A DNA stretch of 63,019 nucleotides, taken from contig KZ538558.1 of the NCBI GenBank assembly GCA_000934665.2, positions 1 to 63,019 of the forward strand. The letters run 5' to 3'. This DNA is from Catajapyx aquilonaris. Its lineage: Eukaryota. The translations under genes and the position numbers were made by a program. The notes under the pieces were generated by a model. The model did no database searches. It worked only from the letters and a program-made list of their open reading frames with translations, and was not told the origin of the DNA. Shown here one piece after another: positions 11,901-24,997 of the stretch (position 1 is its first letter; every line of letters begins with the position of its first letter).

Positions 11901-14900
11901 GACTTTCAAAAAAAAGTGTTGTAGTTTCGGAATGGTTTTTTGGACTCGGTAGATTTGTTGCCAAACTCTGTCCCACGTCAGGTCCGTGGGAGAATTTCTG
12001 CCTCCCTGATTTGCATACGAGGTATTATCTTTGGGTCGGATCTGCCGAGCCTCGAGTTGCATGCTATTCTCAAACATGCGGGACCTTCGTGGAGCACAAC
12101 CGCGATAACTAACACACTAGCTGATGACCAAGAATGGAACTGACCTCTGCATGCTGCTCTTACGCACGCATTTTTTTTCTTCTCTCTCTCCCTCCCATTG
12201 TGTGGACGAGAGGAGCTCGGCAATTACATGGGCGGAGTGAATATATCCATCGGGTCTGTCCATTTCCCAGGCCAACTTTGACGCGCTTCCCTCCATACAT
12301 GGTGCCCAACCCTGTTAGGTTATAGTAGTGTGGCTGGAAGGGCATAGAATCCCACCCAAAAGCAGCCCCCCTCCCACAGCCAGCTTCTGATGTATCGACT
12401 TTTCCCCTTAATCCGCAGAAAAGCCAACTTTTGGAGGCGTTCAATACGCCATCTGTACTCTTGGCACGTCGCTCGCTCTCCGGCGCGGGTATTACTTCGG
12501 GAGGAGGGGGGTGGCTCCTGGGAGGGGGATGCTGTGGGGGAAGGAGGGAAGCTTTTTGGGATGGGGGGATAGAGAGAGAGCTATATAGTAGAAGGGTGGG
12601 TGGGAGGGCTCCGTTTCTCCCCAGGATGAAGGAAGGAAGAGAGAGGTCAAATGAGTCGCCGGGGTCACAACCCTACATCTGCCTCGGTCGACCACTCTTT
12701 TGTGGGGCTGGCATGGCTCGGGGTTCCACTCTGGAGGACCAACAAACGGGGAGGAATGACTCCTCTTATCCAATCAAACCCCGGTTCTGGAACCGGCCCG
12801 GTTTTGGTGCCATGCTCGGCCTTGCACAAGGTGCGCGGATATGTCGCAAGTGACAATTAGCAGTCAGGTTAGGACGAATTCGCTCCTTATACTCATTATC
12901 GGCCAGATATGAATAATGCCAATGGATAATGGGGAAGTTATTATCACCCCGAGCAGGTCAAGGTTCTTCCCCCTTTTTCGCCTCTTTTTTTTTTGGAAAA
13001 TGGCTGGCGTGACATGTGTTGGCGATGCTTGCTTGGCACCTCGATTGTTGCGGATTGTCAGACCGCGTCAATCCCTCTGAAATGCGCGAGGGTCTGGAGC
13101 GCACAACAATGGGGAAACAGGGCCACTTGCGCCAAACCCCGAGGCACCTGCGCCCGTCAAAAAACTGCCAAAGGAAGATATTTGCATACGCACCATGTGC
13201 GAGTGTGTGCGCAACCAGTTCACGCGGCAACACCTGCCAATGTCGGACATTTTCCCCCCTATAACCGCCAGTTTAAGTTTAACTTGGACAGAACTTGTGA
13301 CTACGAGTGTACACGAACCAGCCAAACGGCCGACAATTTTTTTCTTCTTCTTCTTCTTCTCTACCTATCTTCTTCTCTCTTTCCCGAAAAGGAAAGGTGG
13401 GTGGGGGTTGAGAGGTGGGAAAGAATCCGTTGCTCTTTTCCTTCAGGGGGTCGCTGGATGGATGGGGGTGGGTAAGGGTCAGGTGGGGGGGAAGGGGTCC
13501 AATGCTTCAGCAAAAGATGCAAGAAAAGAAAGAGTATATAGGCCTCACAAGGGCGCGGGTTGAGAAGAAGAAAAAAAAACCCGAGAGGAAAGGGTTAAAG
13601 AAGAAAGAAAAGAAAAGAAAAAAATGGTGTATCCCTATACACTAGACCCAGCATCCCAAACCCTTTTTCCGACCAGGATGCGACCATTTTTTAAGGGTCC
13701 GAAACTTTTTTTAAATGCCGACTAGATCTATAGACAAGTAGCCGTGGGTGTTGGGCGCCATCTTTCACGGCGCTAATGCGACACTGACAGTCTGGCGGTC
13801 GGCTTGGAGCTGATGAGCTCAGATTGTCCCGATCACGTCCTGAGGGAATAAAGAAAAAAATAATATGGCCGGATTTTTTTTTGGCAGGATAACCTATATA
13901 AGAAGCGGTCACTTCATTTTGAACTTCACCTCTAGAGAGAGGCCCAATTTGCAAATCGACATTCGCATTATTCATAGAGCCCGAGTTTAATATCCTATAT
14001 AGCTCCAGAAGGGCACTTACTATACATACACGTGTAGAAATCCAGCTTCGCATTTTTCAATAAATTATTTAAATCGAGGTGTGTTTCTTGTTCGAGAAGT
14101 GTTAGTCAGACGCAAGTGTTTGGCTTATTCAAATGAAGAGTGCTACGTGTAAAAAAGTCTATGCAGAAAATAGGCGCCCGTCTATGGCGGGACATTAGCA
14201 ATTTGCTATTTGTTAAACTAATAGATAAAACGGGACTATACTGTATATTGATATATTATTTATTTGTTTTGGTTATGTAGCACTGCCGACGGATATCAAG
14301 TGTCAAATGAACACGAGCAAACTCCGGTTGTTGTACCGAGCCTACAAATCTTTAGGAGTATTTTCGTCGAATATTATACAATGCACACACTCGCATAATA
14401 ATTCAGGACCGGGTAAGCCAAGTGTGTGTACCCTAAACCAGTTAATTACATCTGGCGTCATTCTGGCAAGCCGCGTACTCAATTAGCGTCCCGCAATTAC
14501 TAATATCGCAACATACTTAACGGGTTACATTGTTGGCGATAAAAGATGGCAACAATGCGTGCAGGAATGCGTTCCTGATTGGAGGCGAGGACAGATTGCG
14601 TGCAAAAGTGCGAGGGGGGGGGGGGGATAAAGCTTCTTCTTGAGGGAAAAGGGGGGAAGGAGGAGGAGGAGGCAAAAGGGTTGATGATAATGAGATGAGT
14701 TGGTGTTAATCCCGCTTTAAATCTGGCTTCCTTCTCACTTCATCGGATGTGATTTAGTGGCAGCCACGCCTGTCCTTATTCCTTTCCTTCTAGACCCTGC
14801 GAATTATTGCATCGTTCCTCTCTCATAACCGATTTGGCCCATATATAATTCCCCGTCCCCCCTCTTGAAATGAGCCAGGGGATATTAATTGCGCTATCGT

Positions 14901-15775
14901 ATTGAACTAATTATCCTTTTCGTTGAGGGAGTATTTCTCTTTTTTCGAGAGGGGGGGAGGGGGTTCTTTTTTTCCCCCACCCCCACCCCTCCTCCTCTTT
15001 CCCGGACGCTTAACTCCACATCTTTATGGGTCTCCCAAGACCTGCACCTTCCGCACTCAATTACGCTCCTCGCTTGTTTTTAATGCGTCCAGAGGGGGAG
15101 GGATTGTTGCCAGCACATTTTTCAACGTCTACTTATTATACCTACACCCCCCAAAAAAAAACTCTTTCCGTTTCCNCCCCCCCCCCCCACATCCAAGTCA
15201 GCGCAACCAACTTTTTTCCCAAATCGCATTTTCATGCGAGCGGATTATATATGTCCCACCCTGTACTTGCTGCACGTTAGCATTATCGCCGAGGGTGTCT
15301 CTCTCTATCAAGCGCCGTGATTGGTGAGTTACCGTAGAGAATGAAAAGCTGCTCATTAGTAACAAGCGGGCCACATTACTGTTCCACTTGGCGCATGTAA
15401 TCACTTTCGTTCATTGTGCCGACGCCTAATTACTGGTCGAGGGGGTGCCTTGCTGCCTGTATGCTATGTATGACTCTATATGCTCGGTGCACTGGCAGGA
15501 ACTGGGGGTGTACACATTCATATGCAGCCAGTTAATTACTGCCGGACATGCCTGGACACAACAGTGGACACTATTTCACGCTCAGGTCCGTTTTAACCAA
15601 TAAGAAGTGAGGATTGGGCCAGGCGTTGCAGGCGTGATACTCGCATGCACTGATTGGTTCTACTATAGTGTTGTCTAACTTTAAACGGGGCTGTTTAAAG
15701 GTCGACTCTGAATTCCGCCATCGGCTATAATATTTCGTTGCATGTCCGAAGCTTCTGATTGGCCCCCATTCTGCG

Positions 15776-16036
15776 CTGATTTGAGAGGAGGGAGGTTAAC
15801 TAACCAACTGATTTGACAGTTGGAAGGTTAACTAACCAGCTGATTTGACAGTCGGGAGATTAACTAACCAGCTGATTTGAGAGGTGGCAGGTTAACTAAC
15901 CAACTGATTTGACAGTTGGGAGGTTAACTAACCAGCTGATTTGACAGTTGGGAGGTTAACTAACCAACTGATTTGACAGTTGGGAGGTTAACTTGCCAGC
16001 TAATTTGAGAGGTGGCAGGATAACTAACCAACTGAT
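15776..16036. repeat. 32-bp minisatellite, 8 copies
   Basis: Unit ctgatttgacagttgggaggttaactaacca(a/g) starts at 15776, 15808, 15840, 15872, 15904, 15936, 15968 and 16000. Confidence 0.95.
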
Positions 16037-18696
16037 ATGCGCCTGCGCAATGGGGAAGGCGGCGCGGCGCCTCTGGTGGGTGGCAGTAGGAACTAGTTAA
16101 GTTATATGCAGAAAACTAATGGAAAATATTCGACTGTATAGGCAATTATTATTATTGGAGAGTTTTATTTAACGCAGCGTATCCTTTCGCACAGTTATTT
16201 GGTCGTATAGACTCTGGCAAGGCGAATTCCGGTGAAATGCACATCCCCTGCCAAACATGCCGGGGTGGTACGTGCAGTACCGTCCGGTATGTCCCGTGCC
16301 AGCCCAGCCAGCATCCATCTGGATGGGCAAAGGTGATCCAGCAGTGTTGCCAAGTTGGGCCCCCATTCCCTTCCCCCCTTTTTTGGCTTTATTCCCTTCC
16401 AAGCAAGCAAGCAAGCAAGCAAGGAAGCAGCCTTTAGAAAGAGGCAATAGGACTTTGGGTTCTTGTGTCCCCCTCCCCCCCCCACCTCCTCCCAATGCAA
16501 ACCTGTCTCCCCCCCCCCTCCCAAACCCTCCCAGGCACAGGTTCTTGCCCATCCAGTGAACATCTGTTGGGAAAAGTGCAACGGTTACTTTGCTAGCTGC
16601 AGGCCCTTTTTACCCAGCCAGGCTGTGCTGCAAATAGGTACGCGTCCGAGTGCGTGCTGGACGCGTGCAACAATCTCCAGATGATTTGAGGGAGAGGGAC
16701 ACCCATCCACCCACCCACCCAACTGAGGCTGGGGGAGGCTGCCGAGGGTGCACCTCATTTAGGGCAATTTTTCAATTTGGAATAGGGAGCTGAGAGTAAT
16801 GAAGAGCGGCGGCCGGCTGTCTGCTCACTCTAATGCCATGCATGCCTTTCCTCTCCCCATCGCAATTGGCCGGAAGGGAAGAAGAAGAAGAAGAAGAAGA
16901 ATGATATTTAGCAGGGAAGAAGAAGAAGAAGAACAATGCGGGGGCTTCCCTTGCACAAAGATAATGATCGTGATGACACCCTGCGTTTCATTCATTCATT
17001 CATTCGGAGGCTCGTGTCTCTCATGCTTTTTGCTGAGGGTTGAGAGGGAATTACCCGACACTATGTAGCGAAATAATCTTACTTCAATATTGTAGAGACG
17101 AAACCAACTCGAATTGAGCCCAAACCAACCGTTATACGAATATTTGCACAAAAAGAAGAACAAGGGTCCTGCTTGGCAACATTTTGGGGGCCTAACCGAC
17201 ATCATTACGTTCGAGGAAGTCTGAAGTGCATTCATCACGGACATGCCTTCCTACGTAGCCAGCATGAGGGAATCCTTTTCAATGTCTGCAACACAATACT
17301 TGCATCTGCTCACTACACGTACAACAAAAAAGCCCTTTCAATGCACATGTTTCTTTTTTCTCCCCTCCACAGCATTGTTCCTCCCTTTGCTAATTACCAT
17401 TAAACTATATTCCGCATAAATGTATGGAGCACTTGCCAGCCTATACATGGCGGTAAGCACGTTACATTCTCTTATGCACCGCATTATTTGCATACTTGTG
17501 GGAAAGAGTTGCGTAAATCAACTTTTGTAGTTTCGCAAAAAAAATGGGGGATTTTTTTTGGCGCAAGTGCGCACTAGCAAAAATATCCGGATAATTAGTC
17601 GAGAAATGTCGGCAGTTGGACGGTGTTATGCAATAATGAGTCAACCCATATGAGAACGGCTTTGTGAAAAAAAGGTCTTCGAATGTGAAATTAAGTCGGT
17701 GTATTTTTCTGTCATTTATGGCAGACGAAGTATGCAGATTTCGCCAGATTGATTTTAACTGAATGAAGTAAGATCCTTCGGGTATAATGGGCTTAACTCA
17801 ATTATGACATTTTTGTGGGTTGACACATTATTGCGTAACACCGTCCAGTTACTCTGGTAATAAACAAGTTTGCATCAGGGAGATTGTTGCGATCATCAGA
17901 TGAGTGGCAAAATGTGTCGCGCCCGTTCTTGCGACTTTGGGAATGTAGAGTCGCGATGAAAAAAATGCGAATATCCGTGAATGTGAAGCGACGGCGGCAG
18001 AAATGACTCGGAAGGAGCCAATATCGGTCGAGAGGGGGTTCTCCTCTCTTATTCCACCACATCGAACTGTCACTTGGGCTCAGCCGACGAGTGGAAAAAC
18101 CCGATTTGGAGGAGGGGGAAAAAAAACGAGAACTTCTCTCCCCATCCCACAGCTCCACTTCCCCAAAACCTACCAACCAAGCTAACCTCACCCTGTCCAA
18201 GTGCGTGACAAGGTGACAGCACCAGGAAGAAGAACAAGAGTGGGGGTCGACCCTCGGAACAATGAGTTGTCGATAAAAACATTGTTGCTCGGACATTTTG
18301 TCTCATTCGAGTTAAGCGTTTTACCAAGCTGCATTTTTTGGGAACCCAGAGAGAGAGAGAGGCCTGAAGGTTGTGGGTGAAGCATGGCGAAAGTGTGTTT
18401 GAAGAGGATAGGTGCTCATAAAGCATGGAATAGGGAACTTGAAAAGCATTGCAAAGGGAGGGATAGGGAGGTGAGGTCCAAGGGAAAAGTGTACGTGACG
18501 AGCTGAAAAGCCAGCTCTGGGGCGGAAATGGCGGCCTGCGAAAGGAATTGTTTGCTTCTAGCCCCAGCCCAAGCCAAAGGGTGAGACTGTTTAGGGCCCA
18601 GGTAAAAATTTTTAGAAAGGGGTTGATTGCACCCCCTAGTACAGTCCTAAGGTGCGACTCTGGTATCGACCAGTTGGTGGTGGCACCTCAGATGCA

Positions 18697-18731
18697 GGAA
18701 GGAAGGAAGGAAGGAAGGAAGGAAGGAAGGA
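18697..18731. repeat. (GGAA)n microsatellite
   Basis: About 8 tandem GGAA units. Confidence 0.9.
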
Positions 18732-20265
18732 AAAGGAAGGCATGGATGCAGGGCACGTCTCTGGGGCCATTCCCGTCTGCGGCGTCGGCAGGGCGCAAGG
18801 CATTCAGGGGAAATCAAAATTTTACGCGTAAACGGACCCGGGAACGAACCAGCAGACGAAAAGGGACGGAAGGAACAGGGGAGAACCGAAAAAAAGGGAA
18901 GAGGGTGGAAAGAAAAAAGAATATAAAATACCAGCCCAGGAATAAGGCACAGTCTTCGTCTAAATAAAATTCGCACGTCTAATACGAAACGCGCAAGAGT
19001 TCAGCCGAATTACTATTATTCCGACTATGATTTGAGCCGATCGTGGCTCAGTGGGGGTGCCCAGAAGGTGTGAAACCCAGATGGTCCTGTCGCGGACAAT
19101 GCCTCGGAACAAATTGGCAGGAAAGATGGAATGGTGTGGGAAATACAGAATATGAACACATGCACACACAGATGTGTGGCCCAAAAAGGGGGGAGGAGGG
19201 ATATCAAAAAAGAGAGGGAGAAACGGAAGCAGGAAAATGGGCAAATGTGTCCCCAAAATTTGGTTGGAAGGTATAGGGTGAGGAGGGGGGGGGGGGNNNN
19301 NNNNNNNNNNGGGGGGGGGGTGTTCCCAACGGAAAGTGTCGCGGTGAAAAGGTGCAGTCCTGCCTCGTTCTGTGTATAGGGAAGGGGAGGGAGAGGGCAC
19401 CCTTGGCCCCTGGTGACCCCCTCCATCACACCCGGGTCCCCTTTGGGGAGGGATCTGGACCCGCATTGTAGGGCCCCGGGTATTCAGAACCCACCCCGCC
19501 ACCCGCCGCTGGGGATCAGTTGGGGCGCCGGAATTTTCAGCCTCGGGTTCAAAGGGCCTCTCCCTCTCTCCCTTCACCTCCCCACCACCACCCCTCTCTT
19601 TTCACCCCCTCCAGTCTGCTGGGCGACCTACCTATGCCTCACCTTGGAGGACTCCACAAAAATCCCATGCTGCTGCAAGGTATGCGGCATCTACCACTTG
19701 CTCTCAGCACCATCCCAATTCCGTTAGCAACAACAAACCCATACACATCTTACATATGTTTAGTCACCTGATTTTTAATGAATCGGATGTGCGACTTTTA
19801 AACGCGTTTTTTAAAAACCATTCCCTCTGAATAATATTCCACTTTGAGCCGCATGCTGGGCGTGAGGATTGAGCAAAGTAATGGATCCATAGTTTATCTG
19901 GAGAGGTGAAGAAGGAAGGACCCTTGGTCTCTGTTCGTTTTTTGAGGATGGGGTGGTGTGAAGGAAGGTAGGTTGGGTGGGGTGCCAGTTCTGTTCGTGA
20001 CTCGCACCTGGCCCCCATGCACACGCCAACCAACCAACCAACCAACCAAACACCCTCCTATAACTAAAGGCCCAAGGGACACACCGGCCGTGATGCTACA
20101 CCCGATTCAGAAAGACCAAACCTCCTCCTTTCCAGAACCTCTCCTCTCACCTCCTGCACGTTAAGTTAGACACGCTTTTCGAAACCTTTAGCTGACCGAT
20201 AGCCTCGGATAACACTCTGGCCTACTCCAGCAGGACGCCCTTCCAAATCCACATACTGCCATAAA

Positions 20266-20477
20266 GGACCCAGATTCAGCATATCGAGAGTGGGAATCTT
20301 TTAAAAAAAATAACGTCGAATTTTTGTCCCACTGCTAGTTGCTACTGCCAACAGTGGTACTGCTAAGTTAGCAGTAACTAGCAGTGGGACGAAAATTCAA
20401 CCCATGGTCCACATTGTGCTGTCTTTTGTCACCAACTTTAAGCAGCAAGTTTAAACTGCATCTCTGAATTCAGGCCC
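20266..20477. mobile_element. Harbinger-like MITE containing a nested palindromic element (20315-20406)
   Basis: Outer imperfect TIR ggacccagattcag / ctgaattcaggccc. Inner 28-bp arms tcgaatttttgtcccactgctagttgct / agtaactagcagtgggacgaaaattcaa match at 25/28. Confidence 0.5.
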
Positions 20478-22376
20478 GATTATCTAAAGAAATCATCGAC
20501 ATATGGGAATGCGTTTAGTGCCATGCAAGTGCGAGCACATGTAAAAAGCCGGTGTATACACCATGTTGCGACTGCCTCAATTTTCCCCCAGCCATTATTA
20601 GAAAACAATCGAGGGCACTGTGGGAACAACCAGAATCGTGCGAAAACATATCATAACGCACTGTGCATGAAGGCTAATAAATAAATACAGGGTAATACAT
20701 TGGCGAAGCTGAGGTTTGTTCAAACCAGCAAAGATTGTTGGAGTGAACACCTTGGCGAACCCAGCTATATTATTAGGCTGTGCAGCAGGTGCGGACTTTG
20801 CCTCGGGGAAGAGTGTACCGTGGCAACAACAAAAAAAGGGGGGCAGCAGATTCGCAATATGTATACAAAAGCGAAAACAAGAGACCGGACAAAAGCGGAG
20901 ACATCGCCACCCCATATTTCAAAGCCTGCCTGGTATATTATTGTGTTCCACCTCGTTGCCCCCTTCCCTTATTCCTTTTTTCTTCTTCTTTTTCACCTGC
21001 ACTTAGCCCTCCCCCACCTGGTCTGAACCCAAATAATTAAGCCATTCCTCCATTTTGCGGGACAGTCACGAATAAATTTTTTTTTATATATATTCAACTA
21101 TTTCGAAGCCAAGGACACGTGTCCGGTTGCGTAATGGTTGGCCTTTTATGGCCCCCTCGTGCCGCATTAGTCCAAATAATATGATTTTATCTCCGTCTCG
21201 ACCGCGCCTCCTCCTCCTGAAATATATCTGGGGGTATACATGTCACTTAATTGACTCATTTTTTGGAGGAGGGATCCGTTTGATTGAATAAAAAGCGGAA
21301 CAGAAGATATGACGCGCGTGTGTGTGACAGTCAGGTATATAAGGGGACACAATGTGATTGGGTTGTCGTCGGGCAGATGAAAGGGTTTTGTGCGTGGGTG
21401 GGGGTGGGTGGTTGTGAGAGAGGAGGGGAGGGGGGGGGGGGAGAGGGGGAGAGAGAAAACAAAACACCATCCGGGAAGCGCGTCGAGTTAGCGACCCGTG
21501 AAAACGCTCGGCGTGACAAGCGGCATTAGCTGAACGAGGTCAAATGGATGACAATCGTCAAACACACAACACAACAAAAGGCTGCAAGCGGAGGTCTCTC
21601 TCTCTCTCACTCACTCGTCACACCATCCCACCCAACAACCACCCTCTCTGCTAAAACATCCCCCCCATCCGGAAGATCACCAACCGGAACCATTTTTCAC
21701 GCCAAATCCGGAAAATACGGGTTTTTCTTGGTTGCCATAAATTCGGGATTTTGGAAGGGGAAACAATAATTAAGCCAACAATGAGGACATTTGGTGTGTG
21801 ATGCCGGTTCCGGATAAAGGTTCACGCCAATATTAAATGTGGAATAAGTTGTCGCGGGTATTTTGTTGCGAAAACAGTGTGATACAGAGTATGAACTTTG
21901 GCGAAAAGGTCACTAACCTACCCTAACCATGCCGTGATTTCGTGAGGGAAACATTGACATGGCGTTACTCAGCACACTTGGGAAGAAGCGTCGTGTTCAA
22001 AATTGATAATGAGCAAAATGATACCGGCCAGAACATCCTTGCAAGACATCAACCTTTTCATAATATGATATATAAAAATGGCCGAAACAGTGAAGTTTTT
22101 GTCGAGGTATTTTTGCAAATTTGTCACCTCGGCGGTGATGCTCGTGCAAAGTGGACCAATAGAAGCTGCATCCCACCGTGTGGAGCCAGCTGTTCTTCAA
22201 CCCCCACCATCCAGTTTCCAACACTAATTGCATAAATCGAGGCACCCGGAATATTTGCGTCCAAAAAAAAAAGAGAGTAAAATCTGCGGCCCAATGACAG
22301 CATGGTTTGGACCATATGATCTCTCTGTCTAGCCTGGAACACTCTCCATATATTATACTCATTTCAAACACCCCCC

Positions 22377-22471
22377 NNNNNNNNNNNNNNNNNNNNNNNN
22401 NNNNNNNNNNNNNNNNNNNNNNNNNNNNNNNNNNNNNNNNNNNNNNNNNNNNNNNNNNNNNNNNNNNNNNN
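22377..22471. other. Assembly gap within a poly-C tract
   Basis: N run flanked by C homopolymers. Similar gaps at 4063-4089, 19297-19310 and 33803-33958. Confidence 0.95.
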
Positions 22472-23050
22472 CCCCCCCCCCCATATATTGAAGTGTGGAT
22501 TCGCCGCCTGTGCGCCACAATAATTATTCCCCCCCGAATTTCTGCCGCCACTCGGGACACCTGCAACACTAGCCCCCCCTAAATCCACATTCGATACATA
22601 ACCTGTATCACACGAATTTTTTAATCATATGGCGAATTATGGATTGTGTCCGCAAACTCTGATATAATAATATTCGATGAAAAGAATGGGAGGGGATGAG
22701 TGATAACCTGCGTGTGCATGCTGGAGTCAGGGTTAATGAACCAGACATTACGCAAGTGCAGCAGACAGGTGTAATTATATCTGCGCGACCCAATTCATTA
22801 AGAGTTTACCCAACAGGTGCTTTGCTCATACAGGATCGAATAAAGCGCAATAAATGAGCGGCTTACATATTATATACAGGGAGACACACTATCCAAAGTC
22901 ACACCGATTAAATTATACAAATTGTCGCGCCAACAACCAATAATATTTTAAGGGAATAAAAATCTCATTCGTATCAACTGAACTGATGGACGTCCAAAAA
23001 TTTATTCGCAATAATCCGCCGGGCATTTCCTATATTCAGGCAAAAAAATA

Positions 23051-23456
23051 CAGTTGAATCCGGATATAACATACTTCACGTGACCGCAGAAAAGGTCTGT
23101 TATAGCCAAATAGCCACTTTTGCAACGAATACACACAGTTTTCTGCTTTCCATATGCATTTACTAACTACATTCTGATTAATGAAATCCATCAAAAATGC
23201 AAAATTAGCTTATCAGAAAGTTATGAAGGACAAAAAGAAAATCCGAAATTTTCTTCCCACGTCTCTTTTTCTTGCAAATTTTATACCAGAGCAAGCAAGC
23301 ATATTTTTCCACCCCGAGAGGCCAAGAAATTGTCTGTTATACCCGGGGTGAGGTGAAAATAAGTATGTTATATCAGAAGTAAAAATACACAGGGCCTTAT
23401 GGAAGTATGGCGGGACCGGCCTTTCGAGCGGTCTGTTATATCCTGTGATTCAACTG
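23051..23456. mobile_element. Tc1/mariner-pogo (Tigger-like) MITE
   Basis: TA-CAGTTGAATCCGGATATAAC ... GTTATATCCTGTGATTCAACTG terminal inverted repeats, with internal gttata repeats. Related to 40169-41141. Confidence 0.75.
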
Positions 23457-24955
23457 CAAACAGATGCTGACAAAGTTCATTTGAAAAGAACACCCCGCAT
23501 CAGCCTTACTTAATTTTTATGTGATTTCGAAATTGTCAATAATTTTTCCCCAGTGTTGACTTTCATCTGATTGCTCCGCATGCTGTTTTTCCTAGGACTG
23601 TGTACTTGGGCGGTGTACCACCCGGTCATATCAGGTGTCATTGTCGCCATGTACACCTGTTGCTGCCTACACAAAGAGTAATGATTCCGGGTACCAAAAA
23701 AAAAGAGTTATTAGTTTCTGTGCTCAACTGGTGACGTGTGCTGCAGCAACAGGGCGTGGAGATTTGAACGATTGAATATCAGAGCAGTTGTGTGAAACGA
23801 GATTTTCATTCCACCATTTTTGAATCCCCCCCTACTTTGCTGAGAGGTGTCTGTCTCTCCTGCCACCACCACCAGCACCACCCCATGTCCCCCCCACAGA
23901 ACCGAACACATTTTTGGCATGTGGAAACAATGGACGGCGTGATCCGTGACGCTCTGGGCGGGCCAATGGCGCCGCTGAATAGAGTCCGGCAGCTGTGTGG
24001 GGCCAAATAGGATGATGGCTACTACAAAAGACCCCCGCACCACAAACACACATCCTGTGTGTTCCCCATCCTCACCCCACCACCCATATATCCCTCCCTC
24101 TCCATGCCTGGCCCTCACTCCCCTTCAATCCAATCTAACAGACCACGCCCCACTCGCACTTCCGTTTTAACATCCTCATATATCTATATTCGCACCGGTA
24201 CACAAGCAGAAAATATTCTATTACTCTCGTCCTGTAACTATTCGACGCCAATCTGGCCCATGCGCACCGTTTCTGCCACTGCGCATGCCTTCTACGCATC
24301 TCCGACCATTGCGCATGCCTTTTGCGCAACTCCGGCCATTTTGCTTACGATGGCCACCATTTTGCGAGCATGCTACACGGTGCAGAGGCCCCTAAGAGAG
24401 TGCGAGGGTTGGAAAATTCTGGCAAAGGTGGGCGAGGTGGAGAAGTTCTGCGTTAGGGACACCGCCCGCCATTGTGGAGGCCAAGAAAGAATGGGCGGAG
24501 GCAGCATCTCAGCATCCACAAGCATATATAGCTTTCCTCCCCTCCTTATATTCATGTGTGTGTGCGCGCCTCCTTTAGCACTATGCTGGGCTCTCTTTCC
24601 GGCCTTTTCTTTCTCTCTGTATGTATGTCTGCCTTTTTGCCACGCACGCTTGTTTCTCTCAGGGCCTTGGGAGCCACGAGGACGAGGGACGCCTCCGACA
24701 CCAAACCATATTTTGACTCCATAAATGGGAACCACCTTCCCAAATCATCGCGCACCTACCAACCACACAAATAGACAAAAGGATGGGGCTGTGCAAGGGA
24801 GGGACACACAATAAGAGAGAGAGAGAAAAAAACCGTACGTGACACATCGCCTAAAATATTGCAAATCCGTTGGTGCTATAATCAGCATTGGTTTGAAACA
24901 ACGCAGTTTCTATCTGATAGGATTGCACTTTTTTCAGTTGCACAAAATGGTTATG

Positions 24956-24997
24956 CACGTGTTAACTGAAATGGTATACCATTTCAGTTAACACGTG
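24956..24997. repeat. Perfect 42-bp spacerless palindrome
   Basis: cacgtgttaactgaaatggta|taccatttcagttaacacgtg. Confidence 0.95.

Noticed and set aside
15776..16036. CRISPR-like periodicity
   Set aside because: The units are contiguous with no unique spacers, the context is eukaryotic and there are no cas genes.
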